From an uncultured delta proteobacterium (lineage in GTDB: Bacteria > Myxococcota > Myxococcia > Myxococcales > Myxococcaceae): a DNA stretch of 64,000 bases. This document shows positions 20,352 through 32,776 of the stretch, piece after piece. The notes beneath the pieces are model-generated. The model saw only the letters and a list, made by a program, of their open reading frames with translations. It made no database searches and was not told the origin of the DNA. How positions within the stretch are numbered: position 1 is the first letter of the stretch; each line of letters starts with the position of its first letter. The translations under genes and the position numbers were made by a program. Where the stretch lies: positions 96,001 through 160,000 of the forward strand of contig CAVYSY010000045.1 of the NCBI GenBank assembly GCA_963771175.1, read 5' to 3'.

Positions 20352-21282
20352 GGCTCATTCCCCAGGTGCTCGAGGCCCCAGAAGGTGAGCAGCTCGATGC
20401 GCTTGTCGAGCGGGAGCGGCTCGATGGGGCCACAGGCCCGTGCGGTCATGACCACCTTGGCGTAGTGCTCCAGGCCCTCGACACGGAGGAAGGCGTTCCA
20501 GATGGAGTCGGCCCAGGCAACCACTCCGTGGCGCGGAAGGATCGCCCAGTTGTAGTGCTCCATGTACGGGCGCAGCACGGCGGGGCTCTGCTCCGAGGAG
20601 ATCCGGGCGTACTCCGTGGTGGGAATGGGCGCGACGCTCACGTAGGTCTTGTGCAGGTCGACGCCCGCCAGCGAGGCCGCCACGGCATAGGGCGAGTGGA
20701 CGTGGATGACGCAGCGGCAGTCCGGACGGGAGCGGTGCAGCTCGACGTGCAGGCGGTACTCGGACGTCGGACGGCGGTCGCCTCGGAGCAGGGTTCCATC
20801 CGGGTGGGTGACGACGAACTCCTCGGGGCGGATGAATCCGTTGTGCGAGCCGCTCGGTGTCATCAGCAGGGTGCCATCATCGAGCCGGTAGGAGAGGTTG
20901 CCGTCGATGGAGACGTTGTACCCGCGCTCATAGATGAGAATGCGCGACGCGGGTGAGCTCCTGGCGGATGCGCCACTCGGGGTCGGCCTGGTCTGGATGG
21001 AAGAGGCCTTCACGGTCGAGCTGCCCGTGTGTGCCCTCCACCGTGCAGGACGAGGCGTGACCATCGACGAATGGGAGGATCCACTGAAATCGGAGCCCAT
21101 GGGTGGGAAGCTCGTGACCGTGGGGATCGATGAGGACGGCGCTTCCATCGAACCGGTGGGCGACGGCGAACCCCTCCCGGAAGGCGCTGACCGCACGGTA
21201 GCGGGATGCATAGACGGGCTGTCCGGTCCCATCGACATGGGCCCAGGTCCCATCCGGCATCCGCGCGGGATGCGGTTCTGAC

Positions 21283-21290
<8 letters not shown>
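20348..21290 (-). CDS. WG-repeat domain fused to a class II aldolase/adducin domain; one frameshift near 20940
   Basis: N-terminal WAHVDGTGQPVY...SAFREGFAV and LPFVDGHA repeats; then DGNLS, LMTPSG, PTSEYRLH, HVHSPYA and RHGVVAW. EWRIRQELTRVAH joins LIYERGYN to restore the normal aldolase N-terminal helix. Confidence 0.8.
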
Positions 21291-22835
<1,545 letters not shown>

Positions 22836-22836
<1 letters not shown>

Positions 22837-25214
22837 CACGTCACCTCCACCGGCTTGCGCATGTTGCAGCCGAGGCAGAGCGTGCGGTTCCGGTAGGTCG
22901 CGACGAGCCGCTGGTAGGCCTCGCCGTTCCAGATCTCCATGAAGCCCGTCGTCGTGCAGGTTGCCGAACTCGCCGAGCGTGCGCCGCTGCGCGTCCGGCG
23001 CGCAGCAGGGATCGAAGCGGCCCTCCGCGCTCACCCAGGCCTCCTGCCCGAGGAACGGGCACGGACCGCCGGGCGCGAGATCCTCCTGTCGCGTCGTCGT
23101 CGAGCAGGAAGATGTTCTCGAGCAGGACGGGCTCGCCGTTCGGCAGCGGCCCGCTCGGCGGCGGCCGCGCGCGCCTCGAGCACGGCCTCGTTCCAGCGCC
23201 GGATCGCACTCGGGCTCCGCCGCATCGAGAGCGGTTCTGATCTCGTCGAAGTGGGCCCAGAGGTGGTGGCCCTTCACGCGGTCGACGCCGAGGTCGACCG
23301 CGAGCCGCACGATGTCGGCGAGCTCGGCGACGTTGCGTCTCGAGGAACGTGAGCTGGAACGTGACGCGGCAGCGGTTGCCGCCGCTCGCGCGCGTGCGCG
23401 TCGCGCACCGCGATGAACGTGCGCACGTTCTCGAGCACCTTCTCCCAGCGCGCGCCGAGCATGATCGCCTCGTGCGTCGCCTTCGTCGCGCCGTTCCACG
23501 AGATCTTCACGTCCGAGGTGACCGGCACGATCCGCTCGGCCCACGCGCGCGCGCCGAGCCGCGGGAAGGTGCCGTTGGTGGTGAGGTTGAGCTTCACGCC
23601 GTGCGTCGCGCAGAGGTCGAGGATCTCCTCGAAGTGCTCGTAGAGCAGCGGCTCGCCCATCGTCGACGGGATGATCTCCCGCAGCCCGTGCGCGGCGCAG
23701 CCTCCGCGACGACCCGCGCGAATCAGCTCGATCGGCATCACCCGGCGCGGCCTCCCGCGGCCTTGCGCGCGGCTCTGCAGCGGGCTGTGCGGCGAGTGCT
23801 CCTCGCACATGACGCAGTGCAGGTTGCAGGTGTCCGGGTTGGTGTCGAACGTGATCCGCCACGGGCCCGGCGCGGCGTGGCACGCGCGCGGTGTCACGCC
23901 GCGCGAGGACCTGCTCGTAGAGCGCCTCGACGTCGCGCGACGTGGTCGCCGATGTCGGGGATGTCGCCGCTCGCGCTGAAGCAGGTAGCCGCGCGCGCCC
24001 GAGGCGCTCGCGCCAGCGCCGGGTCGTCGACGAGCCGCTGCATCTGCTCGGCGAGCGCCGTCGGGATCGCGGTGCTCGAAGAGCAGCCCGTTGACCTCGT
24101 GGTGCACGTACTCGGCCATGCCGCCCGACGTCGGCGGTGATGACCGGGACGCGGGCCTGCTGCGCCTCGTGGATGACGAGCGGCGAGTTCTCGACCCAGA
24201 CCGACGGCACGACGATCGCGTCGACGCGGTCGAAGACGTCGCGGACGATCTCCTGGTTGCGGTACTCGGGCAGCCACTCGACGCGCTCGGCCAGCGTCCC
24301 CCGGCAGGCGCCGCGGCGATCGCCTTGAGCGCCTCGGTGTCCTGGCCGCGCGGCCGCCCCCAGATGCGCAGCCGCGGCGTCGCCGCGCAGCCGCGCCGAA
24401 GGCGTCGAGAGGTGGTGGATGCCCTTCGCCGGGATGTGCGTGCCGATGTAGCCGAACGTGAATGGCTCGCCCGGCGCGCGCTGCGCGGCCGCGCAGCCGC
24501 GTCGCGGTCGAAGCCGTAGTCGAGGTAGACGCAGCTTGCGCTCGGGCAGCCCGAAGTCGTCGCGATAGCGGTCGATGGAGGTACCGCGACGGGCGCGATG
24601 AAGAGGTCGACGAGCTCGGCCATCTCGCGCACGTGCGCGCATCCGGCGCGCGACCCAGTCGCGTCCAGTAGGCGACGTCCGCCTCGCGCTCGTCGGGCGC
24701 GCCGCGAGAAGTAGCGGGCGTAGCAGCGCTCGGCGCACTTGCGGTCCTCCTGCCCGTCGCACGCGGCCCAGAGGTCGTTCGGGTCCTCCGGGTGCATCTG
24801 CATGAACTGGCCGCGCGGGCACATCAGCCAGTAGTCGTGCAGCGTGAAGACGATCGGGAGCTCGCGGGTCGCGGCCTCGCCGAGCAGCGAGGTCGAGAGG
24901 TGGTTGAGGTGGCCGACGTGGACGACGTCGGGCGCGAACGCGATCGAGCACCTCCGCGAAGCGCTGATCGACGCCGACGTGCCGGTAGCGATCGCGGCTC
25001 CGCGGCATGTTGACGACGTGCAGCGTGACGCGCGGGTCGTCGCGTCGCGCTCCGCGCGCAGCGCGGTAGTCAGGCGCGAACGGGATCCTCCTCGCGCGTG
25101 AAGACGTGCACCTCGTGCCGCTCGGCGAGCGCCGTGGCAGAGGGTCTGCGTGTAGACCTCGGAGCCCGCGTTGTACCGCATCGGGTAGCCGTGGATGACC
25201 TGCAGGATTTTCAT
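22836..25214 (-). CDS. GT-B (GT4) glycosyltransferase fused to a radical SAM/SPASM domain; heavily frameshifted
   Basis: MKILQVIHGYP..NAGSEVY, FTLHDYWLMCPR, GYIGTHIPAKG, VVPSVWVENSPLVIHEA; then CNLHCVMC, STMGEPL, LTTNGT; SPASM CPFLG...DPCC...GNL...CLGC. No stop/start with RBS was seen between the domains, but indels make the fusion less than certain. Confidence 0.85.
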
Positions 25215-25356
25215 GCGCCCTCTCGCATGAAGCTCATCACAGATCATCAAAGCGCAGCATCCATCCCGGCGAGGTATTTCCTGAACAGCGCGGTCCGACA
25301 GTCCTTGACAGCAGGAGGGACGGACCAGCACTCCGATGAGCTCTCCTGCCCCGATT

Positions 25357-27037
25357 TCAGAAGGGGGCCGGCTGCTCGAAGGAGACGAGCTGTCCCGTCT
25401 CCGGATGGCGGAACGAGAGTGACTCCGCGTGCAGGTGCAGGCGGCGGTCCTCGTGCCCGTAGAGGCGGTCCCCGACGATGGGCGCGCCGAGGCCGAGCGG
25501 GTGCGCCGCGTGGACGCGCAGTTGGTGGGTCCTCCCGGTGAGGGGGAAGAAGGCCACGCGGGTGCGCTCCCCACTTCGCTCGAGGACCTCCCACCGGGTG
25601 ACCGCGGCCTTTCCGTGCACGGGGTCGTGAATCTGCCGGGGCCGGTCGTGGAGGTCGACGCGCATCGGGAAGTCGATCGTTCCTCGCTCGCCCTGGACGT
25701 GTCCCTCGAGCCAGGCCACGTAGCGCTTCTGGACCTCCCGGTGGACGAACTGCCGCTGCAGGGCCGCGTGCGTCCGCGAGTCGAGCGCCGCGACGAGCAG
25801 GCCCGAGGTGTCCAGGTCGAGCCGATGCACGAGGAGCGGGCCCGTCGCGTGCGGGTACCGGGCGCGCAGCCGGGCGAGCACCGAGTCCGTCACCGAGGCG
25901 TCCTTTCCGGGCACGGAGAGCAGGCCGCAGGGCTTGTCGACCACGACGACCCACGCGTCCTCGAAGACGACGGACAGCTCCGAGGCCACGACGGCCGGTG
26001 GCGAGAAGGCTCTCGGGGAGGTGACTCGCAGGCCCTCCAGCATGAACGGAAGGAGGGGGCCGCACTTGTCCCGGCAGGCGGCGTAGAAGGCGCCGGTGAC
26101 GCGTCCTCCCGAGAGCGGCGGAGCGCCCCACCAGAACTCGGCGAGCGCCAGCGGACGCAAGCCGTGCGCGAAGGCATGGGCGAGGAGCTTCGGGGCCGCG
26201 CAGTCAGCGGCGCCCGAGGGAGGCTCTCCGGGTGCGTACAGGGCCCGCAGCGGACGCTGCTCGCCCCGCGCATTGGGGACTTCGTAGGTGTCGTGGAGCC
26301 GCTTCATGAGCGCGCGACAGACGATCCGCCGCAGGCGCTCGAGGGCCCGAAGACGCCGTTCGAGCCGCGCTCGCTTCGGCACGAGCGCCCGTCGTTCCTC
26401 CTCCTGCGCCGCATCCAATCGGCGCTGCTCCGCCTTGTCGCCCCGGCTCTCCTGGTCGAGCGCATGGAGGGCCTCGCGCTTCTCGGCCTCCGCGAGCGCA
26501 TCCGACGCCGTGAGCTCCGCCCGCCGCGCGTGGCGCCGCCGCCGCTTCTCTTCATGCCGGGCGCGCAGCGCCGCTCGTTCCGCGGTGTGGCGTGCCTGCT
26601 GCGCTTCGTGGGCGGCCCGGAGCGTGACGAGCTCCGACGAGGTCCGGAGCTCCTCGGCGCGGGCGAGCAGCGCCTTCACCACGGCCTCGCCCGCGGGCTC
26701 CACCTGGGCTCGTGCCTCGCGGTCGAAGAGGGGCGGGACGAAGCCCGGGACGTCCCAGCGGCCCGCGAGCATGCCGGAGAAGGACCGGAGGAACCCGAGG
26801 CGTCCGTCTGGCTGCTGCACGACCAGCACGCCGAACATCTTGCCGCCCTCCGGGCCGTCGAGCGTCGCGCTCGGAATCCCCGGGGCGACGAAGCCCGGCA
26901 CGGAGCTCCGCCTGCATCACCTCCGCGGCCTGGCGGGCCAGTTCGTGAGGACCGAGCTCGTCGAAGGGGCTCGGGAAGGCGTCGGCGACATCGTCAGAGG
27001 CCGGCCGCGGCTCGAAGGGTGTGACCCAGGTCTCCAC
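25357..27037 (-). CDS. RluA-family pseudouridine synthase, long form with coiled-coil N-terminal part; frameshift near 26895
   Basis: GGKMFGVLVV, DKPCGLLSVPG, LVHRLDLDTSG, GRTHQLRVH, LHLHA. Confidence 0.92.
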
Positions 27038-27188
27038 GGCCCTCCGGTAGCACGAAACGGCGAGAAACGGTGCCACCATCCAGGATTCTAGCCGTAGCGG
27101 TGCCAATCCAGGCGCAAATGTCGAGAACTCAATGTCGGATGACCCGACTCGTGGGCGGGGTTTTCATCGGTGAATTCGGCAGCGGCCA

Positions 27189-27992
27189 TCAAGGAGCCCA
27201 CGAAGGCTTGTTCGCGCCCACGAGGTACAGCACCTTGTCGTCAGAATTGAAGGAGAACTGACCCGCTCTGTCCGAAAGGCTGGAGATCCTGGCATGTCGA
27301 ATCTCTCCGTTCGTGCAGTTTTACGAATCACTTGCGGCATTCCCGGAACTCGATGTCGCTTCCGTCGACGTCTCCGAGGAACAAAGCCATATTGAATTCT
27401 CCCAGTATTTGCTGGCCAATTGCGGGATCGCCTCCGTGGATTTGATGAGGTAGTCTCTTTGGTGTGCCCCTGCTGGTCCCGATTGCGAAATATGTGCGAG
27501 GATCCCCCCTTTCCGCTCGTTGGACGGATGATCATGCCCAAGCAGCCAGCAAATCCTCCGGTATAGAGATTCGTGGCCCCATTTAGGGATGCCAATATGC
27601 TTCTCAGATACGAAGAAGGTGTTGGACATGTGCGGCGCCGAAGCACTATCGGAGACAAACTCGATTTTTACCCTTCCGTCTCCCGCCAGTGTCATCGTCT
27701 TCAATTTTTTCTTGAGGCGGTCTGTTTGGAAGCGTTCGCGTGCTGCTTTCACGCTGGGAAACATGGGACAATCACCACTAACATGCGGCGCGATCATGGC
27801 GCCGAAAATCCAACATGAAGGGATCTTGCCGAAGGAAGCCATACTTCACGTTGGCGGTCATCAGGAAGACGCCCAGGAACTTGTGCTCGCGAGGTGTGAG
27901 CACAACCCCACCTCGACGCAGCCACTTGCTGGCGCATCGATGTCCAAGGCCTCTCCCTCTTCGCTGTGCATGTATACAACTCGTACCGTCAT
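27189..27992 (-). pseudogene. Low-GC fragmented ORF, candidate CheD/CNF1-like Cys-His hydrolase
   Basis: GGAG RBS before ATG 27992; visibly AT-richer than the flanks; YTGGFAGCLGMIIRPTSGKGG-ILAHISQ after adding one G to a G6 run. Confidence 0.4.
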
Positions 27993-28073
27993 GACATATC
28001 TCCCGATGTTGTCGGCTCGAATGGCGCGGATGTGAGGTGCTGACGATTTGAGTCGTCTGACCCCCTGCCTGGC

Positions 28074-28682
28074 TCACGCCGGGGGCAGAGAGGCCACCAG
28101 CTCCTCCAGGGCCTCGTGCCCACGTCGGAAGACGGGCCAGCCGTCCCCCACCAGCACCGCGTCGATGCGCGACCGTGAGAGCAGCCCACGCACCGAAGCA
28201 CGCGCCCTCGCGGCGTCCTTCAGCTTCGCGTCCGGCAGGAGGTTGAGCCGACCCCCCAGGTGGCCGCGGACGAGGTCGCCCGTCACCAACGTGGTGTCCT
28301 CGAGGAGGAGGGCCAGCTCGCCGGGCGTCTTGGAGCCGTGCAGCTCCAACGCCACGAGCCCGGGGACGAGCACCTCGCCATCCGCGAGCCAGCGGTCGCA
28401 CCGCAGGGGGAAGGAGTCCGCCTCGGCGCGAGGGCCGGCGACCTTCGCGCCGAAGTCGGCGACCAGCTCACGCGTGGCGCGGAGGTGCTCCGAGTTGGTC
28501 ACCACCACCCAGGCCACCCCGCCGAGCGAGCGCAGGCGCGCGGCCTCGTGCGCGGACAGCGGGAGCGGATCGATGACCACATTGCCCTCGGGGCGTACCC
28601 AGAGGACGCTGTGGAAGTCCAGGTTGCGCGCCTCGTCGAAGCGGGACCAGCCGTAGAGCGATGGGCGGTGCAGGGCTTTCAT
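28074..28682 (-). CDS. MBL-fold metallo-hydrolase-like protein
   Basis: VVIDP, degenerate metal motif VTNSEH, GSKTPGE, VTGD, LVGDG. Confidence 0.8.
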   Translation of the reverse strand: MKALHRPSLYGWSRFDEARNLDFHSVLWVRPEGNVVIDPLPLSAHEAARLRSLGGVAWVVVTNSEHLRATRELVADFGAKVAGPRAEADSFPLRCDRWLADGEVLVPGLVALELHGSKTPGELALLLEDTTLVTGDLVRGHLGGRLNLLPDAKLKDAARARASVRGLLSRSRIDAVLVGDGWPVFRRGHEALEELVASLPPA

Positions 28683-28912
28683 GCGCCCGAGCCTGCCCTA
28701 CCGGCCGGCCGGTGGGAAGCTGCGCACGCGCTGGCCCTCGGAGACGTAGAGCGTGTCCTTTGTCGGCCGCGGGCTGCACCGGGAGCGGGGTGTCAGTCCA
28801 GTACGGCAGGCAGTATTCCGACCGGAGGTACAGGTAGCCCATCAGCACGACGCCCCCGAAGCGGAGGACGGGGACTGGACGGGCGCGCTGCTCGCGGAGC
28901 TGGACGCACTCG

Positions 28913-28932
28913 TGGTTTTCATCTGAAAGCCA
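28913..28932. promoter_or_regulatory. 20-bp near-perfect palindrome, candidate operator
   Basis: TGGTTTTCA-TC-TGAAAGCCA (1 mismatch), AT-rich, in the divergent gap about 90 bp upstream of the OmpA gene. Confidence 0.45.
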
Positions 28933-29019
28933 TCACAAATAACGCGGGAAGCGTCGGGAACCTGAAGGAGTGCCGGGCGCCCTCTTTGATCAACCGGGCG
29001 TCTCTCCCACTCTGGGGTC

Positions 29020-30444
29020 GTGATGAAGCCACACACCCCATCTGGTCTCACCTCGCGCGGGCTGGTGGCGATCGCCGCCCTGACGGGAGTGCTGTTCGCC
29101 CCGCCCGCGTCTTCCCGCGATGGCGCTCCGAGTCTGGACGTCAATCGTTTTCATCCCGCGGCGGGCTCGGCCCGGTTGCTCACCGTCGACCTCGCCGACG
29201 TGGGCCGCTCGAAGGAACTGGTGTCCCAGTTCGTCCTGCACTACGCGGACCTGCCGCTCGCCTACACCTTCGGTGAGCGCATCACGGGCAAGCTGGTGCG
29301 GGATCGGCTCACCGCCGACCTCTCGTTCGCCTTCTCCCTGCTGGACAGGGTGCAGCTCAGCATGGCCATTCCGGTGACGCTCCACCAGGCCGGCGACATC
29401 GTCTCCTACCCGGACATGGTGACGCGCGAGCCGCGCTCGCTCCCGAGCATCGCGAGCGGCGGGCTGGAGGACCTGCGGCTGGGCCTCAAGGGTCGCTTCT
29501 GGAGCAACGAGCGGTTCGGTCTGGGCGGGGTGGCCGAGGTGGTGGCGCCCACGGGCAACGCCGAGAGCTACCTGGGCTCGGCGAGCGTGACGGGGTCGGC
29601 ACAGCTCATCGGTCACGCCCGGTTCCAGCGGGTGACGGTGGCGCTCAACCTGGGCTGGCGGTGGGCGGAGGAGCAGCGGCTGCTCAACATTCGTGCGGGC
29701 CACGGTCTGCTCTACGGCGCGGGCGTGGAGGTAGAGGTGGCGCGCCCCTCGGACATCCCCGTCTTGCTGCTCGGTGAGGTGTATGGGCTGGCCGCTCCAC
29801 GGTTCGGCGATACCGTGAGCAGTCCCGCCGAGGCGATGTTGGCGGGCAAGGTGCGGGTGCGCGACTGGAGCTTCTTCCTCGGCGCGGGCGCGGGGCTCAA
29901 CGCCGGCTACGGAGAGCCCCGGGTGAGGGTCATGGCTGGCCTCTCCCATGCCTGGGAATACCGGCCCCCCCCGCCTCGGTCCGTGGCTCCGCCGGCGGTT
30001 GCCCCACCACCCGCCATCACCGTGGCGGAGCAGGACTCCCGCCTGCGGCTCTGGGAGCCGGTGTACTTCGCCTTCAACAAGGACTCCATCGACCCGGTGA
30101 GCTATCCGCTGCTCGACGAGGTGGCGCGCTTCATTCGCGAGCACCCCGAGCTCGGTCCCGTCCGGATCGATGGGCACACGGATGACGTGGGCAACCCCCA
30201 ATACAACCTGGAACTGTCGCAGCGCCGGGCCCGGTCCATCCTCGAATACCTCAGCACGAAAGGCGTGCCGGTGGAGCGGCTGAGCCCCGTGGGCTACGGC
30301 AAGCGCTGCCCGCTGCTGTCCAATACGTCCGAGGAAGGTCGTGCCACCAACCGGCGGGTGGACTTCATCCTCGTGGACCGAGAGCGTCGCCGCCCCCGCC
30401 CGGGCGAGTGTCCCGAGCCGCCTACCGCCCAGGGCGGAGAGTGA
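29020..30444 (+). CDS. OmpA-family outer-membrane protein (N-terminal beta-barrel, Pro-rich linker, OmpA_C domain)
   Basis: Signal peptide; VYFAFNKD, IDGHTD, NLELSQRRA, GYG, NRRVDF. Confidence 0.9.
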   Translation: MMKPHTPSGLTSRGLVAIAALTGVLFAPPASSRDGAPSLDVNRFHPAAGSARLLTVDLADVGRSKELVSQFVLHYADLPLAYTFGERITGKLVRDRLTADLSFAFSLLDRVQLSMAIPVTLHQAGDIVSYPDMVTREPRSLPSIASGGLEDLRLGLKGRFWSNERFGLGGVAEVVAPTGNAESYLGSASVTGSAQLIGHARFQRVTVALNLGWRWAEEQRLLNIRAGHGLLYGAGVEVEVARPSDIPVLLLGEVYGLAAPRFGDTVSSPAEAMLAGKVRVRDWSFFLGAGAGLNAGYGEPRVRVMAGLSHAWEYRPPPPRSVAPPAVAPPPAITVAEQDSRLRLWEPVYFAFNKDSIDPVSYPLLDEVARFIREHPELGPVRIDGHTDDVGNPQYNLELSQRRARSILEYLSTKGVPVERLSPVGYGKRCPLLSNTSEEGRATNRRVDFILVDRERRRPRPGECPEPPTAQGGE

Positions 30445-30454
30445 GGAGCGAATC

Positions 30455-31493
30455 ATGCGCAACGCCCCCTGTCTGATCCTGCTGTTGCTCGCCGTCGTGT
30501 CCGTTCCGGCGCATGCCTTGGAGGACGTCAACTGCAACGGCATCGCGCGCTCGGTCGAGAAGGACTCCCGGAGGCCGGATCGAGACTGCATCGACTACTT
30601 CCGCAGCGGCATGACATGCAATGGGGGCGAGCTCCCCCTGTACCGAGCCTGCGATGACTATGTCGCTCCGGGCCCTGGCATGGCGGCCACCTGCAGCAGC
30701 CAGCTCGCGGTGGACCAGGACGCGGATCTGCTCGGGGACTCGTGCGACAACTGCCCCAGGCACGCCAATGCCAGCCAGCAGGATGGGGATGCGGACGGGC
30801 TGGGAGATGTCTGTGACATTTGCCCGGGCCAGGCCAATGCCGACCAGCGGGACTCGGACGGGGACGGGCAGGGAGATGCCTGTGACAGCTGCCCGGGCCA
30901 GGCCAATGCCGACCAGCGGGACTCGGACGGGGACGGGGTGGGGGATGTCTGTGACATCTGCCCAGGCGTGGTCAACGCCGACCAGCGGGACACGGATGGG
31001 GATGGGATAGGGAGATGCGTGCGATGTCTGCCCCGCGAGTGCGAGCGGCGACCAGCGGGACACGGATGGGGATGGGGTCGGGGATGCGTGCGATGTCTGC
31101 CCCGCGAGTGCGAGCGGTGACCAGCAGGACACGGATGGGGACGGGCTGGGGGATGCCTGCGATGTCTGCCCCGGGCATGCCAACCCTGGCCAGCAGGACG
31201 TGGATGGGGACAGGCTGGGGGATGCCTGTGATGTCTGCCCCACGCTGGCCGGCGTCAGCCAGGAGGACGCGGATGGCGATGGGGTGGGGGATGCGTGCGA
31301 CAACTGCCCGATGGAGGCCAACCCCGGCCAGGAGGTGTCGTCGCTCTCCCCGGAGCTGGGCGAGGTCTGCACCCCTGGCGTCCGGGGAGGTGGGGGCTGC
31401 TCGTCAGACGGGGGCGGCCTGGGCGGGATGTTGGGCGGGATCGCGCTCGTGGGGGCGCTGCTGCTCGGCATGAGCCGCCGACGGAGCGCATGA
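30455..31493 (+). CDS. Thrombospondin type-3 repeat surface protein with MYXO-CTERM sorting tag; frameshift near 31010
   Basis: Signal peptide; repeated D.DGDG.GD.CD.CP..N.DQ; C-terminal GGGGCSS-hydrophobic-RRR. Confidence 0.88.
30715..31330 (+). repeat. Coding tandem repeat, 69-bp unit (23 aa), about 8-9 copies
   Basis: tgcccgggccaggccaatgccgaccagcgggactcggacgggga recurs at 30821 and 30890, with degenerate copies on both sides. Confidence 0.85.
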
Positions 31494-31535
31494 GCGGGAT
31501 TGGGACGGACGCCGCGCCCATCCGCACGTCATCAA

Positions 31536-32688
31536 CTAGCGACCGTTCTTTGCCACCGCACTCTTGTCCATCCACCCCAGGGTCTTCGCGTGGAGGCTCT
31601 GGATGTATAGCCGGTCCTCCGTCTCGGTGACGGAGGTGGCCTCGGGGTAGGTGCCGCTCGGGTCCTGCATGTCCACGAGCACCCGGCCCGCTCTCGTCGA
31701 AAGCGAAGACGTGGCCGTAGGGCTTCGGCACCGGCCACATGGACTTGGGCAGCCGCACCGAGAGCGCGCGCAGCCAGGGCTTGTCGGCCGTCTTGTCCAC
31801 GAAGGCGCCGCGAGGCTTGGTGAAGCCCACCCAGATGCGACCCTCCTGCCCGCGCATCAGGTTGTCTGGATAGCCGGGCAGGTTGGAGAGCAGCACCTGG
31901 GCCTGCTCGCTCGGCCGGGCCGCCAGCTGCTTCGCATCCAGCTCCCTCGCCTCCACGGCCACCTTCCAGATGCGGTACTCGCCTGTCTCGGTGAGGAACA
32001 GGTGCTTCCCATCCTCGGACAGCGCCAGCCCATTGGGGAAGCACAGGCCCGTCATCATCACGCGCGTGGCCTTCGTCGTCGGCTCGTACTCGAGCAGGCG
32101 TCCGGTGCACTGGTGCTCGAGGATGTCGAGCACGCTGGCGTTGAAGGTGCCACCCCACTCCGGCGGGGCGAAGCGGCGCGAGGCATCCGTGAAATAGATT
32201 CCGCCGTCAGGCGCCACCACCACGCCATCGGCATAGCGGATGGGGTCTCCCTTCACGGGGTGGTCCACCGTGTCGGCCAGCACCTCGATCTTCGCACCCG
32301 GTCCAAGGTGGGTGGCCTTGAGCAGCCCCCGCATCGGATCCGCGATGATCATGTTGCCCTGCGCGTCGAAATCGAAGCCCAGCGGCCGTCCCCCCGTGTT
32401 CACCGCCACCTCTCGCGAGGAGCCGTCGGGCGCCAGGCGCAGGATGGCGCCACTGAGCACCGCGGCATACACGTAGCCGTCGCGGACGACGACGTGCTCG
32501 GGGCCCTCGTCCTCGCCCAGCTCGAGCTGCTTCAGCCCCGCCAGCTTGTGGTTCACCGCGTGCGGCCCCTGGTAGCCAGGGTCCGGGGGAGCGCTCCACG
32601 CCACCGGCTGGATGGGGACGGGCCACAGCAGCAGGTACGCGGTCAGGGCCACCACGAGGACGAGGAGCACGATCAGGATTCTTCGCAT
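31536..32688 (-). CDS. Strictosidine-synthase-like (SMP-30/gluconolactonase) protein; frameshift near 31685
   Basis: GPEHV, GGRPLG, IYFTDAS, GRLLEY, FPNGLALS, LPGYPDN; the C-terminus continues in another frame to TAG 31536. Confidence 0.88.
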
Positions 32689-32776
32689 GAGGCGCATTCT
32701 GCACAGCCGCGATCAGCGCGACTACGCCTACGTGTATCCGGCTCTGTCTGCCGGGGGCGGGTGGGGTGAGCACCTG

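Noticed and set aside
27060..27110. TGGCAC motifs upstream of the RluA gene as sigma54 promoters
   Set aside because: One has the wrong spacing and the other a poor -12 box (CGGC)
28690..28850. Small ORF beginning MLMGYLYLRSEYCLPYW
   Set aside because: It overlaps the MBL gene out of frame and has no motif or convincing RBS
30715..31330. Possible CRISPR array
   Set aside because: The 69-bp units are in-frame TSP3 coding repeats with no unique spacers, and no cas genes are present
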